Part shown: in pieces, positions 1 through 9,124 of the stretch
Position numbering within the stretch: the first letter of the stretch is position 1
Layout: each line of letters opens with the position of its first letter
From: Patescibacteria group bacterium
Lineage (GTDB): Bacteria > Patescibacteriota > Patescibacteriia > Patescibacteriales > JAQVLT01
Length of the DNA stretch: 64,000 nt
Direction of reading: 5' to 3'
Assembly: GCA_028704015.1 (NCBI GenBank)
Contig: JAQVLT010000001.1
Location: forward strand, 39,484 to 103,483
Notes under the pieces: model-generated
Told to the model about the DNA's origin: nothing
What the model saw: the letters and a program-made list of their open reading frames with translations, nothing else
Database searches by the model: none
Position numbers and translations under genes: made by a program

Positions 1-625
1 AATGTTCGGGTGAAAAATTAATAATCACTGCAATGTGCGGACTAACGTTAAAATCTTCCAGTTGAAAACTGGATAATTCCAAAACCACCCAATCATTTTT
101 TTTGATTTTATTTAAAAATGCAAACGGCGCCACGCCAATATTCCCACCAAGATAAGCACGTTTGCCGGCAGTTTTTAAAATTTTAAAAATCAAAGATGAA
201 ATTGTACCCTTACCTTTTGTGCCGGTGACGCCGATAATATTTTTGGTCGGGCATAAATCAAAAAATAATTTCATCGGGCTGGATAAAACAGTTTTATGCC
301 CGCGTAGAGACGAGGCATCGCCTCGTCTGGTATTTTGAGACGAGGCGTGCCTCGTCTCTACGATGCCCGGACAAAAAATCGGCCAGCCGGGAGAACGAAA
401 TAGAATATCAAATTTGTATAAATTCTTGTTGAAATTTTTTCCCAATTGATAATTAATTTGTAGAGACGCATAATTATGCGCCTCTACGGAAATATTTTCC
501 CGCGCGTCACAAATCGTAATCTCGCATCTCACCTTTTTCTTGATTAAAAAATCAACCAACGCCTGATTTTCAATACCCCAACCCAAAATTCCGATTTTTT
601 TATTTTGAAGATCTTTTAAATTCAT
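1..625 (-). CDS. murD: UDP-N-acetylmuramoylalanine--D-glutamate ligase (MurD-like Mur ligase), N-terminal part; gene continues beyond the window start
   Basis: My translation from ATG at 625-623 gives GILGWGIENQ, FRSPGWP, P-loop GVTGTKGKGT and LELSSFQLE, the MurD-type order. Not in the ORF track (partial). Confidence 0.7.
   Translation of the reverse strand, partial: MNLKDLQNKKIGILGWGIENQALVDFLIKKKVRCEITICDARENISVEAHNYASLQINYQLGKNFNKNLYKFDILFRSPGWPIFCPGIVETRHASSQNTRRGDASSLRGHKTVLSSPMKLFFDLCPTKNIIGVTGTKGKGTISSLIFKILKTAGKRAYLGGNIGVAPFAFLNKIKKNDWVVLELSSFQLEDFNVSPHIAVIINFSPEH
304..361. repeat. 58-nt GC-rich double-hairpin palindrome read through in frame inside murD
   Basis: gtagagacgaggc...gcctcgtctctac outer arms enclose two agacgagg(N4-5)cctcgtct hairpins. 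Translates as IVETRHASSQNTRRGDASSLRG. Confidence 0.85.
460..487. repeat. 28-nt palindrome of the same gtagag...ctctac type inside murD
   Basis: gtagagacgcataattatgcgcctctac; arms are complementary with one mismatch. Confidence 0.8.
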
Positions 626-630
626 AAATA

Positions 631-1272
631 TTAATTCTTAGCTATTTTAAACAATCTTATACTACCATAGCCTACTAATAAACATCCAACAATTATATTT
701 AAAATTTGAATTGCTAATAAAGGAATTACTTGTTTAAAAATTGAAAATATCATAACTGCGCCACCCATAAATATAAAAGTGGCTAAGCCAACCGCCAGAC
801 CAAAAACCCACAGTTCTTTCTTGGCGTAATTATATTCCACTGCCTTAGCAGTAAAAAAACTGGTATTAAAAATAATAGTCATAGGGTTAGAAATTGTCAA
901 AATAAAAGCTGCAATGAAACTTGATAAAATACTACTTATGTTTATTATTAAATAAGCGGCATTCCCTTTTGTTATACTTTGAAAAATTAATATTCCAAAA
1001 ACAATTAACGCCAAAGAACTAATCAAACCAAAAACCTTTTTTAATTTTTTATTTTCTAATAATTTACCAACGCCCAAAATAGCTAAAACAATATAAAAAT
1101 AATCAACAATGGTCACTGCTAAAACCGCCGCTAAACCATCCGTCATCGATTTTTGCAAAGCTAAATTAACAATAAAAAAGAAAACCGGACCAATAGCAGT
1201 TTGTAAAATTAAACCGGTAATTAAGCCGTCTAGAAATATTTTTATATTATCCCTGTTTCTTCCACCAATCAT
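631..1272 (-). CDS. LysE/ArgO-family amino-acid exporter (membrane protein)
   Basis: 213-aa multi-TM ORF with an N-terminal GLILQTAIGPVFFFIV type motif; ATG start at 1272. Confidence 0.55.
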   Translation of the reverse strand: MIGGRNRDNIKIFLDGLITGLILQTAIGPVFFFIVNLALQKSMTDGLAAVLAVTIVDYFYIVLAILGVGKLLENKKLKKVFGLISSLALIVFGILIFQSITKGNAAYLIINISSILSSFIAAFILTISNPMTIIFNTSFFTAKAVEYNYAKKELWVFGLAVGLATFIFMGGAVMIFSIFKQVIPLLAIQILNIIVGCLLVGYGSIRLFKIAKN

Positions 1273-1648
1273 AATAAGGTAATAACTCTTTTAATTTCAC
1301 TGATTTATCTTTATCCAAAACCACTTCGGTATTTTCCAAATTTGTTTCATCTATTTCTCGCATGAATTGGCGGCAATTACCGCAGGGCGGTGGAACAAAA
1401 ACATCACCATTTTCGTTTTTCCAAACTCCTACAATTTTCTTAATTTTATATTCGCCGTTTGTAATCATCGCACCGATAGCTACCCGTTCAGCGCAAATTA
1501 CGTTTGAACCGGTAGCAGCACAAACTCCTAAATATAGTTTTCCCTTCTCGGAAATTAGAGCACAACCCACGTCAGCGCATAAACCATCTTTCATTTTTTT
1601 CGGCTTTATTAAAGCAGCGGCTTTTTTAATTAATTCTTTATTTGTCAT
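1247..1648 (-). CDS. cdd: cytidine/deoxycytidine deaminase family protein
   Basis: Zinc motifs CAERVAI and PPCGNCRQFM in a 133-aa protein. Confidence 0.75.
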   Translation of the reverse strand: MTNKELIKKAAALIKPKKMKDGLCADVGCALISEKGKLYLGVCAATGSNVICAERVAIGAMITNGEYKIKKIVGVWKNENGDVFVPPPCGNCRQFMREIDETNLENTEVVLDKDKSVKLKELLPYYDWWKKQG

Positions 1649-1653
1649 AAAAT

Positions 1654-2199
1654 TTAAATTGCCTTCTTAACTATTTTTATAATTTTTTCTATCTCTTTGG
1701 CAATATTTTCACTTTTCAATTCACCGGCCTTCAAAGCCTGAAAACTGCAAACGCCGATTAATTTTAATTTCAAATATTTTACAAAACCAAAAAATGCTAA
1801 ATTCAAATATTTCGTCGTGCCTTGTTTTTCCCCGCCGCCAACATAAACCAAAAACACTTTTTTTCCGCGAAGCAACTCTTCTCGGTAAAACGGATGGCAA
1901 CGGTCAATGAAATTTTTCATTAATCCGCTGACATTGTCAAAATAATTCGGCGTCCCCAAAATTAAAATATCTGCTTCGGCCATTTTATCAAGCACTTGAT
2001 TCATATCGTCTTTGATCGCGCAAACCGGACGATGATGGCAGGCGAGACAACCGCGGCAAATTCCGATTTTTTTGTCGCGCAAAAAAATAATTTCCTTTTC
2101 GGCGCCATCAATTTTTTTAAAAATTTCTTTTAAAACAAACTCCGTATTGCCAGAACGCGGACTGCCGGAAATAATCAAAATTTTCTTTTGTTGTTTCAT
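1654..2199 (-). CDS. flavodoxin-like NAD(P)H-dependent FMN reductase / iron-sulfur flavoprotein
   Basis: ILIISGSPRSGNT N-terminus, CRGCLAC cysteine cluster, ILILGTPNYFDNVSG. Confidence 0.6.
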   Translation of the reverse strand: MKQQKKILIISGSPRSGNTEFVLKEIFKKIDGAEKEIIFLRDKKIGICRGCLACHHRPVCAIKDDMNQVLDKMAEADILILGTPNYFDNVSGLMKNFIDRCHPFYREELLRGKKVFLVYVGGGEKQGTTKYLNLAFFGFVKYLKLKLIGVCSFQALKAGELKSENIAKEIEKIIKIVKKAI

Positions 2200-2645
2200 A
2201 ATTTTTCTTGCTTGAACAAATCAATTGATGATGGCCCTTGTTGAATTTTCATTATTATTTCTTCGCCTTGATAATTAAAAAAATCTTTGATTCTTTCAAC
2301 TTGTTTTGGCGAGGTATTCTTGGGTATTTCATCAAGCGAAAAATAAGTTATCTCATCCGCTTCATCATTAATTGTAATAACGCCGCCCATTACCTCACAG
2401 GCAAAAGAAAAAACAATATCAGTTTCATTTCTCTTGCTGTAAACGCCCAATAACCGGGTCACTTTCACGTCAAATCCTGTTTCTTCTTTTACTTCGCGCA
2501 CCACCGCCTCCCAAGGCGCTTCATTATACTCAACTCTACCTCCGGGCAAATTCCAAAAATCATGATCACGCCGATGACATAACAGAATGCGCTTCTGATT
2601 ATCTAGAATAATGGCAAATGCTCCGATAGTAAATTTATTTTCCAT
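2196..2645 (-). CDS. NUDIX hydrolase
   Basis: Nudix box GGRVEYNEAPWEAVVREVKEETG. Confidence 0.8.
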   Translation of the reverse strand: MENKFTIGAFAIILDNQKRILLCHRRDHDFWNLPGGRVEYNEAPWEAVVREVKEETGFDVKVTRLLGVYSKRNETDIVFSFACEVMGGVITINDEADEITYFSLDEIPKNTSPKQVERIKDFFNYQGEEIIMKIQQGPSSIDLFKQEKL

Positions 2646-2824
2646 ACAAACTTAATTTCTGTTTAAAAGATTATTGATAATTTTATCAATAATGCTCCTA
2701 CTGTACGCTCCTGGATTCCGGATATTTTTTATTCCGCTGTCGCTTCATAAAAAATTCCGGAATGACAAAAAAGGAAAAATTCTCAATTCGTCGCCCTAAA
2801 AGCTAACAGCTCAAAGCTCAAAGC

Positions 2825-5683
2825 TTAAAACTCGCGCATCTCCCCCCAATTATCTCCCACCTTGGCGTCAGCAATGATCTGCACTTTTAACTTAATAACA
2901 TTTTCCATTATCTTTTTGATTTTTTTCTCCATTTCCGAAATCATGTCTTCTTTAATTTCAAACAACAACTCATCATGCACCTGAAGTAGCATCTTTATAT
3001 TTTTTCCGTCGTCTTTCAATCCGTTGATCATCTCATCAATCCTAATCATCGCTACCTTAATAATATCAGCGCAAGTTCCTTGAAGCGGCGCGTTGATGGC
3101 CATGCGCTCAGCGGCTTTGCGCAATTGTACAACCGAAGAATTGATTTCCGGTAGATAGCGCTTGCGTCCAAATAACGTTTCCGTATAGCCGCGTTCGCGC
3201 GCCAATTCAATTGACTCGTCAATGTATTTTTTTACGCCTTGATAAATTTTAAAATAATTTTCAATAAACTCCCGCGCGCGTTCCATGGAAATATCCGCCG
3301 CCTGCGACAAGCCGTATGGACCTTGGCCATAAAGAATGCCGAAATTTATCGCCTTGGCTTCGCGGCGCATTTGTTTGGTCACTTCTTCCAGTTTTACGCC
3401 GTTAATTTCCGCAGCGGTTGCCGTGTGAATATCCAAACCCTGATCAAAAACCGCAATCATTTTTTTGTCGCCGGACAAATGCGCGGCCAGCCGCAATTCA
3501 ATCTGCGAATAATCCAGGCTCAAAAGTTTAAAACCTTTCTCCGTCACAAAAGCGTTTCTGATTTCTCGGCCCAACTCCGTGCGCACGGGGATATTTTGCA
3601 GATTCGGTTCAGTGGAAGAAAGCCGACCGGTTGAAGTAACGGTTTGATTAAAGCTGGTGTGCAGTCGGCCGGTTTTTTTGTTGACCAGCTCCGGCAATGA
3701 ATCAATATAAGTATTGAATAATTTATTCAGCTCGCGATATTCCTGAATTAGAGGAATAATTTCGTGCTCATGTTTTAATTTTTCCAATTCATCGGCCGAG
3801 GTGGAAAAGCCGGTTTTGATTTTGGAAATTCCCAGAGTGGAGATTTCCAATTTTTCAAATAAAATTTCTTTGAGTTGTTGAGTGGAATTAATATTAAATT
3901 TCACGCCCGCCTCATGCCAAATCTTTTTTTCCAATGCCTTAATTTTTTTGTCCACTTTCTCGGCCAAACTCCCCAAAACCTTGGTATTGAGTTTAATACC
4001 ATTGGTTTCCATGTCCGCCAAAACCAGAGCCAAAGGCATTTCAATATCAGCAAATACTTTTTTTAATTTTTCTTTGGTCAATTCTTTTTCCAATTTTATT
4101 TTTAATCTTTGGGTAAAATCCGCGTCTTCGCAAGAATAAAGCGCCAATTTCTCAGTCGGCACTTCACCAAAAGTGATTTTATTTTTTCCCGTGCCTAGAA
4201 GATCATCTTTACTGATTTTTTCAAAACCAAGTTCGCTAAATGTAAGCGCATCCAAATTGTGCTGGCGCGTTCCCGGGTTCAAAAGATAAGAAGCAATCAT
4301 CGTATCAAAATCAACGCCTTGAACCTTAACGCCTTGACTCGCCAAAACTTGCATATCAAATTTAACATTATGTCCGCATTTTTTAATTTTCTCATCTTCA
4401 AAAATTGGTTGTAAACTCTGTAAATAGTAATTAGCAAACAGTAAATAGGGCTTATTTTCTTCTTGTTTATTCTGATAGCTAAACAAATCTAAATTTGTTT
4501 TAATGTTTTCATGTTTTAATGTTTTAATGAAATACGCTTCCCCTTCCTTCCAGCTAAAACTTATTCCCAGTAAATCCGCGGACAATGGATCAAAGCCGGT
4601 AGTCTCCGTGTCAAAAGTAAATTCTTTTTGTTTTTTTAATTCCCGCAAAAATTTTTCAAACTTTTTCTCATCATCAACCAAAATATATTTAAATATCTTT
4701 TTGTTTCGTTCGAACTTGCTGACGTGTGAGTCAGCATCCCGGTCTTCACGCAGTGAAGTACCGGGATTACCCTGAGTCAGCTCCCTCACTCTCGGCAACA
4801 GTGATTTAAACTCCAATTCGCTCAACAACTGCACCAAACGCGCTTGATCAATATTGCCGAACTTCGCTTTTGTTAAATCAAATTCAATCGGCGATTCGCG
4901 GTTAATAGTAGCGAGTTTTTTACTTAGAAAAGCATTTTTCTCATTTAACCTCAACAATTCTAAAATTCGTGGTTTAATTTTACTATTTACTGTTTGCTGT
5001 TTACTATTTACTGCTTTATAAATTTTTTCCAAACTCCCAAACTCTTTTAACAATTCAATCGCTGTTTTCTCGCCAATGCCTTTGACGCCGGGAATATTAT
5101 CGCTCGGATCGCCGCGCAAACCTTTGTAGTCAATCATTTGGTCGGGACCAAGTCCGTTGAATCGCTCCCGCACCATTTTTTCATCATAAATTACACTGTC
5201 CGACAACCCACGGCTCATCGTATAAACCTTGGTATGCTCATCCACTAATTGCAATGTATCCAAATCTCCAGTCACGATAATACTTTCTACTTTCAACTTT
5301 CTACTTTCTACTTTTCGCGAGACTGTTCCAATCAAATCGTCCGCCTCAAACCCTTCTTTTTCAAATACCGGAATCCCGAGCGCCTCTGCGATTTCTCGCA
5401 CCCGCGGAATTTGCGAATATAATTCGTCAGGCGCTTTGACGCGCGTCGCCTTGTAGTCTTTGTATTCCAAATGCCTAAAAGTCGGACCTTTTTTGTCCAA
5501 AGTCAAAACCACGTAATCCGGCTTGAATTCTTTGAGCGCCTTGAACAAAACCATCACAAAACCGTAAACCGCATTAGTCGTTTCTCCTGATTTTGTCCGC
5601 ATAGTTGGCGGCAAAGCGTGAAAACTGCGATGAATTATCGCATTGCCATCAATTATTATAAGTTTTTCTTTGCTATCAGCCAT
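2825..5683 (-). CDS. polA: DNA polymerase I (5'-nuclease, 3'-5' exonuclease-like and polymerase domains)
   Basis: 952 aa: LIIIDGNAIIHRSFHA, GVKGIGEKTA, DYSQIELRLAAHLS, QVHDELLFE. Confidence 0.95.
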   Translation of the reverse strand: MADSKEKLIIIDGNAIIHRSFHALPPTMRTKSGETTNAVYGFVMVLFKALKEFKPDYVVLTLDKKGPTFRHLEYKDYKATRVKAPDELYSQIPRVREIAEALGIPVFEKEGFEADDLIGTVSRKVESRKLKVESIIVTGDLDTLQLVDEHTKVYTMSRGLSDSVIYDEKMVRERFNGLGPDQMIDYKGLRGDPSDNIPGVKGIGEKTAIELLKEFGSLEKIYKAVNSKQQTVNSKIKPRILELLRLNEKNAFLSKKLATINRESPIEFDLTKAKFGNIDQARLVQLLSELEFKSLLPRVRELTQGNPGTSLREDRDADSHVSKFERNKKIFKYILVDDEKKFEKFLRELKKQKEFTFDTETTGFDPLSADLLGISFSWKEGEAYFIKTLKHENIKTNLDLFSYQNKQEENKPYLLFANYYLQSLQPIFEDEKIKKCGHNVKFDMQVLASQGVKVQGVDFDTMIASYLLNPGTRQHNLDALTFSELGFEKISKDDLLGTGKNKITFGEVPTEKLALYSCEDADFTQRLKIKLEKELTKEKLKKVFADIEMPLALVLADMETNGIKLNTKVLGSLAEKVDKKIKALEKKIWHEAGVKFNINSTQQLKEILFEKLEISTLGISKIKTGFSTSADELEKLKHEHEIIPLIQEYRELNKLFNTYIDSLPELVNKKTGRLHTSFNQTVTSTGRLSSTEPNLQNIPVRTELGREIRNAFVTEKGFKLLSLDYSQIELRLAAHLSGDKKMIAVFDQGLDIHTATAAEINGVKLEEVTKQMRREAKAINFGILYGQGPYGLSQAADISMERAREFIENYFKIYQGVKKYIDESIELARERGYTETLFGRKRYLPEINSSVVQLRKAAERMAINAPLQGTCADIIKVAMIRIDEMINGLKDDGKNIKMLLQVHDELLFEIKEDMISEMEKKIKKIMENVIKLKVQIIADAKVGDNWGEMREF

Positions 5684-5723
5684 ACCCTTATTACATCACA
5701 AAAAAAGAGGAAAAACAAGTTGT

Positions 5724-5764
5724 AAAAAAATAAAACCCCCTGCACGAAACATCCGGGCAGGGGG
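5724..5764 (-). terminator. rho-independent terminator after the 5784-6569 ORF
   Basis: Stem ccccctgc/gcaggggg, followed on the minus strand by a T-run. Confidence 0.6.
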
Positions 5765-5783
5765 CAGAAAAAGAGAATTCACG

Positions 5784-6569
5784 TCAGAAAACGACAGTAC
5801 GAGCCCGCAGCCAAGCGTCGACGCTGGAAGTGCTCTTGGGCTTTATCATTACTTCCTTAGTTCCAGAGTCAAAATAGACAATAAATGTATCGTCTCCGCA
5901 ATAACGTGAACCAGCACAAAGCGTCCAGCTCTCACAAACATCCAGATGCTCACCCGGATTAATCAGGCAGGAATAAAGTACCTCGAGAAGAATGCGCTCC
6001 TTTAAGGTAATCACTTCCTGACCAAGGCGATCCAAATCATTAGCTGATTTGTTAGCTAATTCCAGATCAGCCTCAACGGCATTGACAACAGCCTTAATCC
6101 AAAGAGCATAAGGCCTGTAAAGAGCCTTACGTTGTTCCCTTTCGTGATTAATCACATCTCCCAAAATATGATAGTGTTCACGATACTGTATCCGAATGCG
6201 CAATTCCTGGCGAAGCATCCAGATAAGCCTCTGATAATTCAAGTCAGGAGCAACGACAACCAGCCACCAATCGCCTGCTGGTTTTGGAGGAATCGTGAAC
6301 GTTGTAAGGTTAATCCCTATGCCTTTCCCCGCGTAGAAGTCTTGCCACCATCTTAGATAGTCAGGCAATCCTTGAATTGCTTCCAGTGTTGCGCCTGACA
6401 AAGAATAAATGGCATTGCGGATCGCTTTGGCTATGTTCCTGCGGCCAAGCCGTTTGAGCTGGTCAAAATTTAAACCGAGGAGAGTCTCCTTTGCTACGCC
6501 CGTAATCATTGAAGACATTTCCACCACTTTTTCTTCCATTACCGTTTGAATATTATTTTTATCTTTCAT
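5784..6569 (-). CDS. hypothetical protein (GC-rich ORFan cassette)
   Basis: 261-aa ORF with an ATG start. AAAGGA-type SD upstream and its own terminator. Visibly GC-richer than its neighbours; no motif recognised. Confidence 0.5.
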   Translation of the reverse strand: MKDKNNIQTVMEEKVVEMSSMITGVAKETLLGLNFDQLKRLGRRNIAKAIRNAIYSLSGATLEAIQGLPDYLRWWQDFYAGKGIGINLTTFTIPPKPAGDWWLVVVAPDLNYQRLIWMLRQELRIRIQYREHYHILGDVINHEREQRKALYRPYALWIKAVVNAVEADLELANKSANDLDRLGQEVITLKERILLEVLYSCLINPGEHLDVCESWTLCAGSRYCGDDTFIVYFDSGTKEVMIKPKSTSSVDAWLRARTVVF

Positions 6570-6689
6570 GGGCCTTTTTCCTTTTCATTTAAGATTTAAA
6601 GAGCGAACAATTTAAACAACCCGAATAAATAACTATATTCAAAATTACTATTAACGTCAATAATAATTGCCATATAATTAAATTGCTAT

Positions 6690-6718
6690 TGACAAATTGC
6701 TTAAATTAGCTAATAATT
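6690..6718 (+). promoter_or_regulatory. candidate sigma70-type promoter for the TrmB-like gene
   Basis: TTGACA at 6690-6695 with an AT-rich -10-like taataat 16-18 nt downstream, ~35 nt before the ATG at 6753. Confidence 0.4.
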
Positions 6719-6752
6719 TAAATATAAATGTCATAAATTATTGATGATACTA

Positions 6753-7535
6753 TGCAAAATAATCAAATAAATCAAATTTTAAGCGGTCTGGGACTAAACA
6801 AACTTGAAAAAGATTGTTATTTAGAACTTTTAAAAAAAAAGCCCGCAAAAAGCCTCAGAATTAGCGAAAAAACTTAATATTCCAAAAACCACTGTTTTGG
6901 TTGCCCTTTATCGCCTGGCAGATGAACTAGGTATTATCAAAAGAAGCAAACAAAAAAATAGTTTTTTATTTTTAGTAGAAGACGTTTCGGCCTTGCTCCA
7001 ATATATTAGCCGCCAAGAACAAAAAATTTCCGAAAATAAATCAGCTCTTGAACGATTACTCCCTCAATTACGAACTATGATGAGTTTTGATGTTGATAAG
7101 CCAAAAATCTTTTATTACGAAGGCAAAGAGGGACTAAAACGAGCTTTTGAGACTATTCTTGATGAAGCGGATGAAATTATCGGTTATGGCAGCGATGAAG
7201 ATGACGAAAAATTTTTACCAGAACTTTATCCAAAATATTATGAACGAAGAGTAAAAAATAAAATACCAGTAAAAGCAATAATTCCTGCTACTCCGTTTAA
7301 CATTAAAATAGCAAAAGAAAAGTCCACTGAACGATTGCGCAATACTCATTTAATTTCTCCGGAATTAAATTTTCCTATTCAAATAAATATTTATCGCCAC
7401 ACAGTTATCTTTTTTTCCTATGAAGAAAATTTTGCTCTAGTAATAAAAAGCAAACCGATGGCAAAATGTCTAAAAATGATTTTTAATCTTGCCTTTGACC
7501 ACACAGCAAAATTTGATCAAAATTTCAGAAAATAA
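6753..7535 (+). CDS. TrmB-family transcriptional regulator (start revised upstream of the track ORF)
   Basis: In-frame ATG at 6753 adds MQNNQINQILSGLGLNKLEKDCYLELLKKSPQKASELAKKLNIPKTTV, a complete wHTH. I found no in-frame stop between 6753 and 6897. Confidence 0.65.
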
Positions 7536-7543
7536 AAAAAATA

Positions 7544-7581
7544 TAAAAAAATAATCCCAATTGCTCGGGATTATTTTTTTA
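7544..7581. terminator. bidirectional hairpin terminator between convergent genes
   Basis: ataatccc/gggattat stem flanked by an A-run and a T-run. Confidence 0.6.
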
Positions 7582-7599
7582 TTAACCAAATCTTACTAA

Positions 7600-8304
7600 T
7601 CAAAACTTTGGCAATCCAGAAAAAAGAGGTCGATACATATCTTCTTTAATATCAATCTGCAATTCACGACGATTCATTTTATTAGAAAATTTTATCGGCG
7701 CTTTTTCAATAATCGCCAATGGTTGCTGTTCCTTCCCCTCGCCCATTACCAAAACTGCCGCTGTTGCTAAACTATCTGCTATATCGGTGCGGGAAAATTT
7801 AAATTTTCTGCCAAAAATATCTTTCTTACCGCGATAGTCTTTCAATCCGCTGAAACCAGCATAGCCCAAGGCAATGCCAACAACACCGGCGCGAAGCGGA
7901 ATGGTGCGACTATCGGTAATTAACACTCCGAGTTTTTTTACTTGATATTTATCTTGTAATGTTTTGCGCAAAAAATTAGCGGTCTTGAAACTATCTTTTG
8001 GCAAAAATATCAATTTCCCATTTGCATTAGATTCGTCAATTCCGGCCGAAGCCATGTATGTCCCATCTTTAATAGTGAGCCAAACATATTTTGTCTTTAC
8101 GGCGAACTCGCTTTCTGAACGAATGAATTTTTCTTTTGTTTTAATATCCGGTGCAATAGCTGTTCTATTTTCCGACAAAGCTATAATCTTTGAAGTAACT
8201 ACAATTATTGATTGCTCCGAAATATTTTTTAAATAACGCTCAATAAAAGCGACTAGATTTTCACCTTCTTGAAAAATGCGTGTTTTTATCGGTTTAACAA
8301 TCAT
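7600..8304 (-). CDS. F420-0:gamma-glutamyl ligase (CofE)-like family protein
   Basis: AGIDESNA, LITDSRTIPLRAGVVGIALGYAG, ATAAVLVMGEG. Confidence 0.55.
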   Translation of the reverse strand: MIVKPIKTRIFQEGENLVAFIERYLKNISEQSIIVVTSKIIALSENRTAIAPDIKTKEKFIRSESEFAVKTKYVWLTIKDGTYMASAGIDESNANGKLIFLPKDSFKTANFLRKTLQDKYQVKKLGVLITDSRTIPLRAGVVGIALGYAGFSGLKDYRGKKDIFGRKFKFSRTDIADSLATAAVLVMGEGKEQQPLAIIEKAPIKFSNKMNRRELQIDIKEDMYRPLFSGLPKF

Positions 8305-8309
8305 AAATT

Positions 8310-8966
8310 TTATTGTGCTTGCGCTTCCTCATTGCGTTCACGAAGCAAATAAATTCCAAGATAAGAAAGCGGGGTATAGAGAAATCCCATCGCCACCTTG
8401 TATAGCCACCAAGAGATAATTATGCTGATCAAAACTTTTGTTTCATATACTCCGGCAAAAGCAATCACCATGAAAATTATCGAATCTAACAGCTGCGACC
8501 AAACATTGGAAAGGAGCGAACGCAGCCAAAAAAATTTTTCTCCAAATTTGGCGCGAAAGAAAAAGAAGGAAAATACATCCTGATATTCCGCAATCAAAAA
8601 TGCGACGATTGACGCGAAAGCCATGCGCACCGATAGGCCAAAAACTTGATTATACCCGACACGCGCCCATTCGCCATCCGCCGACCATGGCATAGCGAGC
8701 GAAAGAAAAGAATAAGCGATAAAAAGCGCGGTACTGATAAAACCGGCCAAAACAAAAAGTTTAGCAACTTGCTTACCATAAACCTCACCTATCACATCAG
8801 TCATAAGAAATACGATCGGGCAACAAAAAACAGCCACGGAAAGATGCGTACCAAATAAAAATGGCATTATTTTTAGGCCGAGCGTATTAGCCGCAAAAAG
8901 TGAAGTTAAATAAAGAGCTAACGCGATAAAAATTTTTTTATATGATTTTTCAGTGAGTTGAATCAT
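8310..8966 (-). CDS. yhhQ: queuosine-precursor transporter (YhhQ/VUT, DUF165) family membrane protein
   Basis: 218-aa multi-TM protein with the TDVIGEVYGK motif typical of this family. Confidence 0.6.
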   Translation of the reverse strand: MIQLTEKSYKKIFIALALYLTSLFAANTLGLKIMPFLFGTHLSVAVFCCPIVFLMTDVIGEVYGKQVAKLFVLAGFISTALFIAYSFLSLAMPWSADGEWARVGYNQVFGLSVRMAFASIVAFLIAEYQDVFSFFFFRAKFGEKFFWLRSLLSNVWSQLLDSIIFMVIAFAGVYETKVLISIIISWWLYKVAMGFLYTPLSYLGIYLLRERNEEAQAQ

Positions 8967-9067
8967 AAATACAATTAAATAAATTAAAAATAAAAAATTA
9001 GATATACCTCATATTAAAATTGTACTGTTATTTTGGCTAAATCATACCCTCTCCTGCATTTCTAGTC

Positions 9068-9115
9068 AATAAAAATAGCGGCAGATCTCCCTGTCCAACA
9101 GGAGATGCTGCCGCT
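9068..9115 (-). terminator. rho-independent terminator after the 9125-9766 ORF
   Basis: agcggcagatctcc/ggagatgctgccgct stem (one bulge), T-run on the minus strand. Confidence 0.6.
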
Positions 9116-9124
9116 TTATAAATT

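Noticed and set aside
3239-5456. Several plus-strand track ORFs (63-131 aa) inside the polA region
   Set aside because: They lie antisense to a well-supported 952-aa polA reading frame. They have low-complexity, motif-free translations. This is typical shadow-ORF behaviour.
6831-6842. Apparent frameshift in an A-run of the TrmB-like gene
   Set aside because: I first read the run as A9, which would break the frame. A position-by-position recount gives A8 (6833-6840), and the frame from ATG 6753 is continuous. There is no frameshift.
8967-9076. preQ1 riboswitch upstream of the YhhQ-like transporter
   Set aside because: I looked for the small hairpin plus A-rich tail typical of preQ1-I. I found only a plausible promoter (TTGACT-17-TATGAT) and no convincing aptamer. 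An Rfam scan would settle it.
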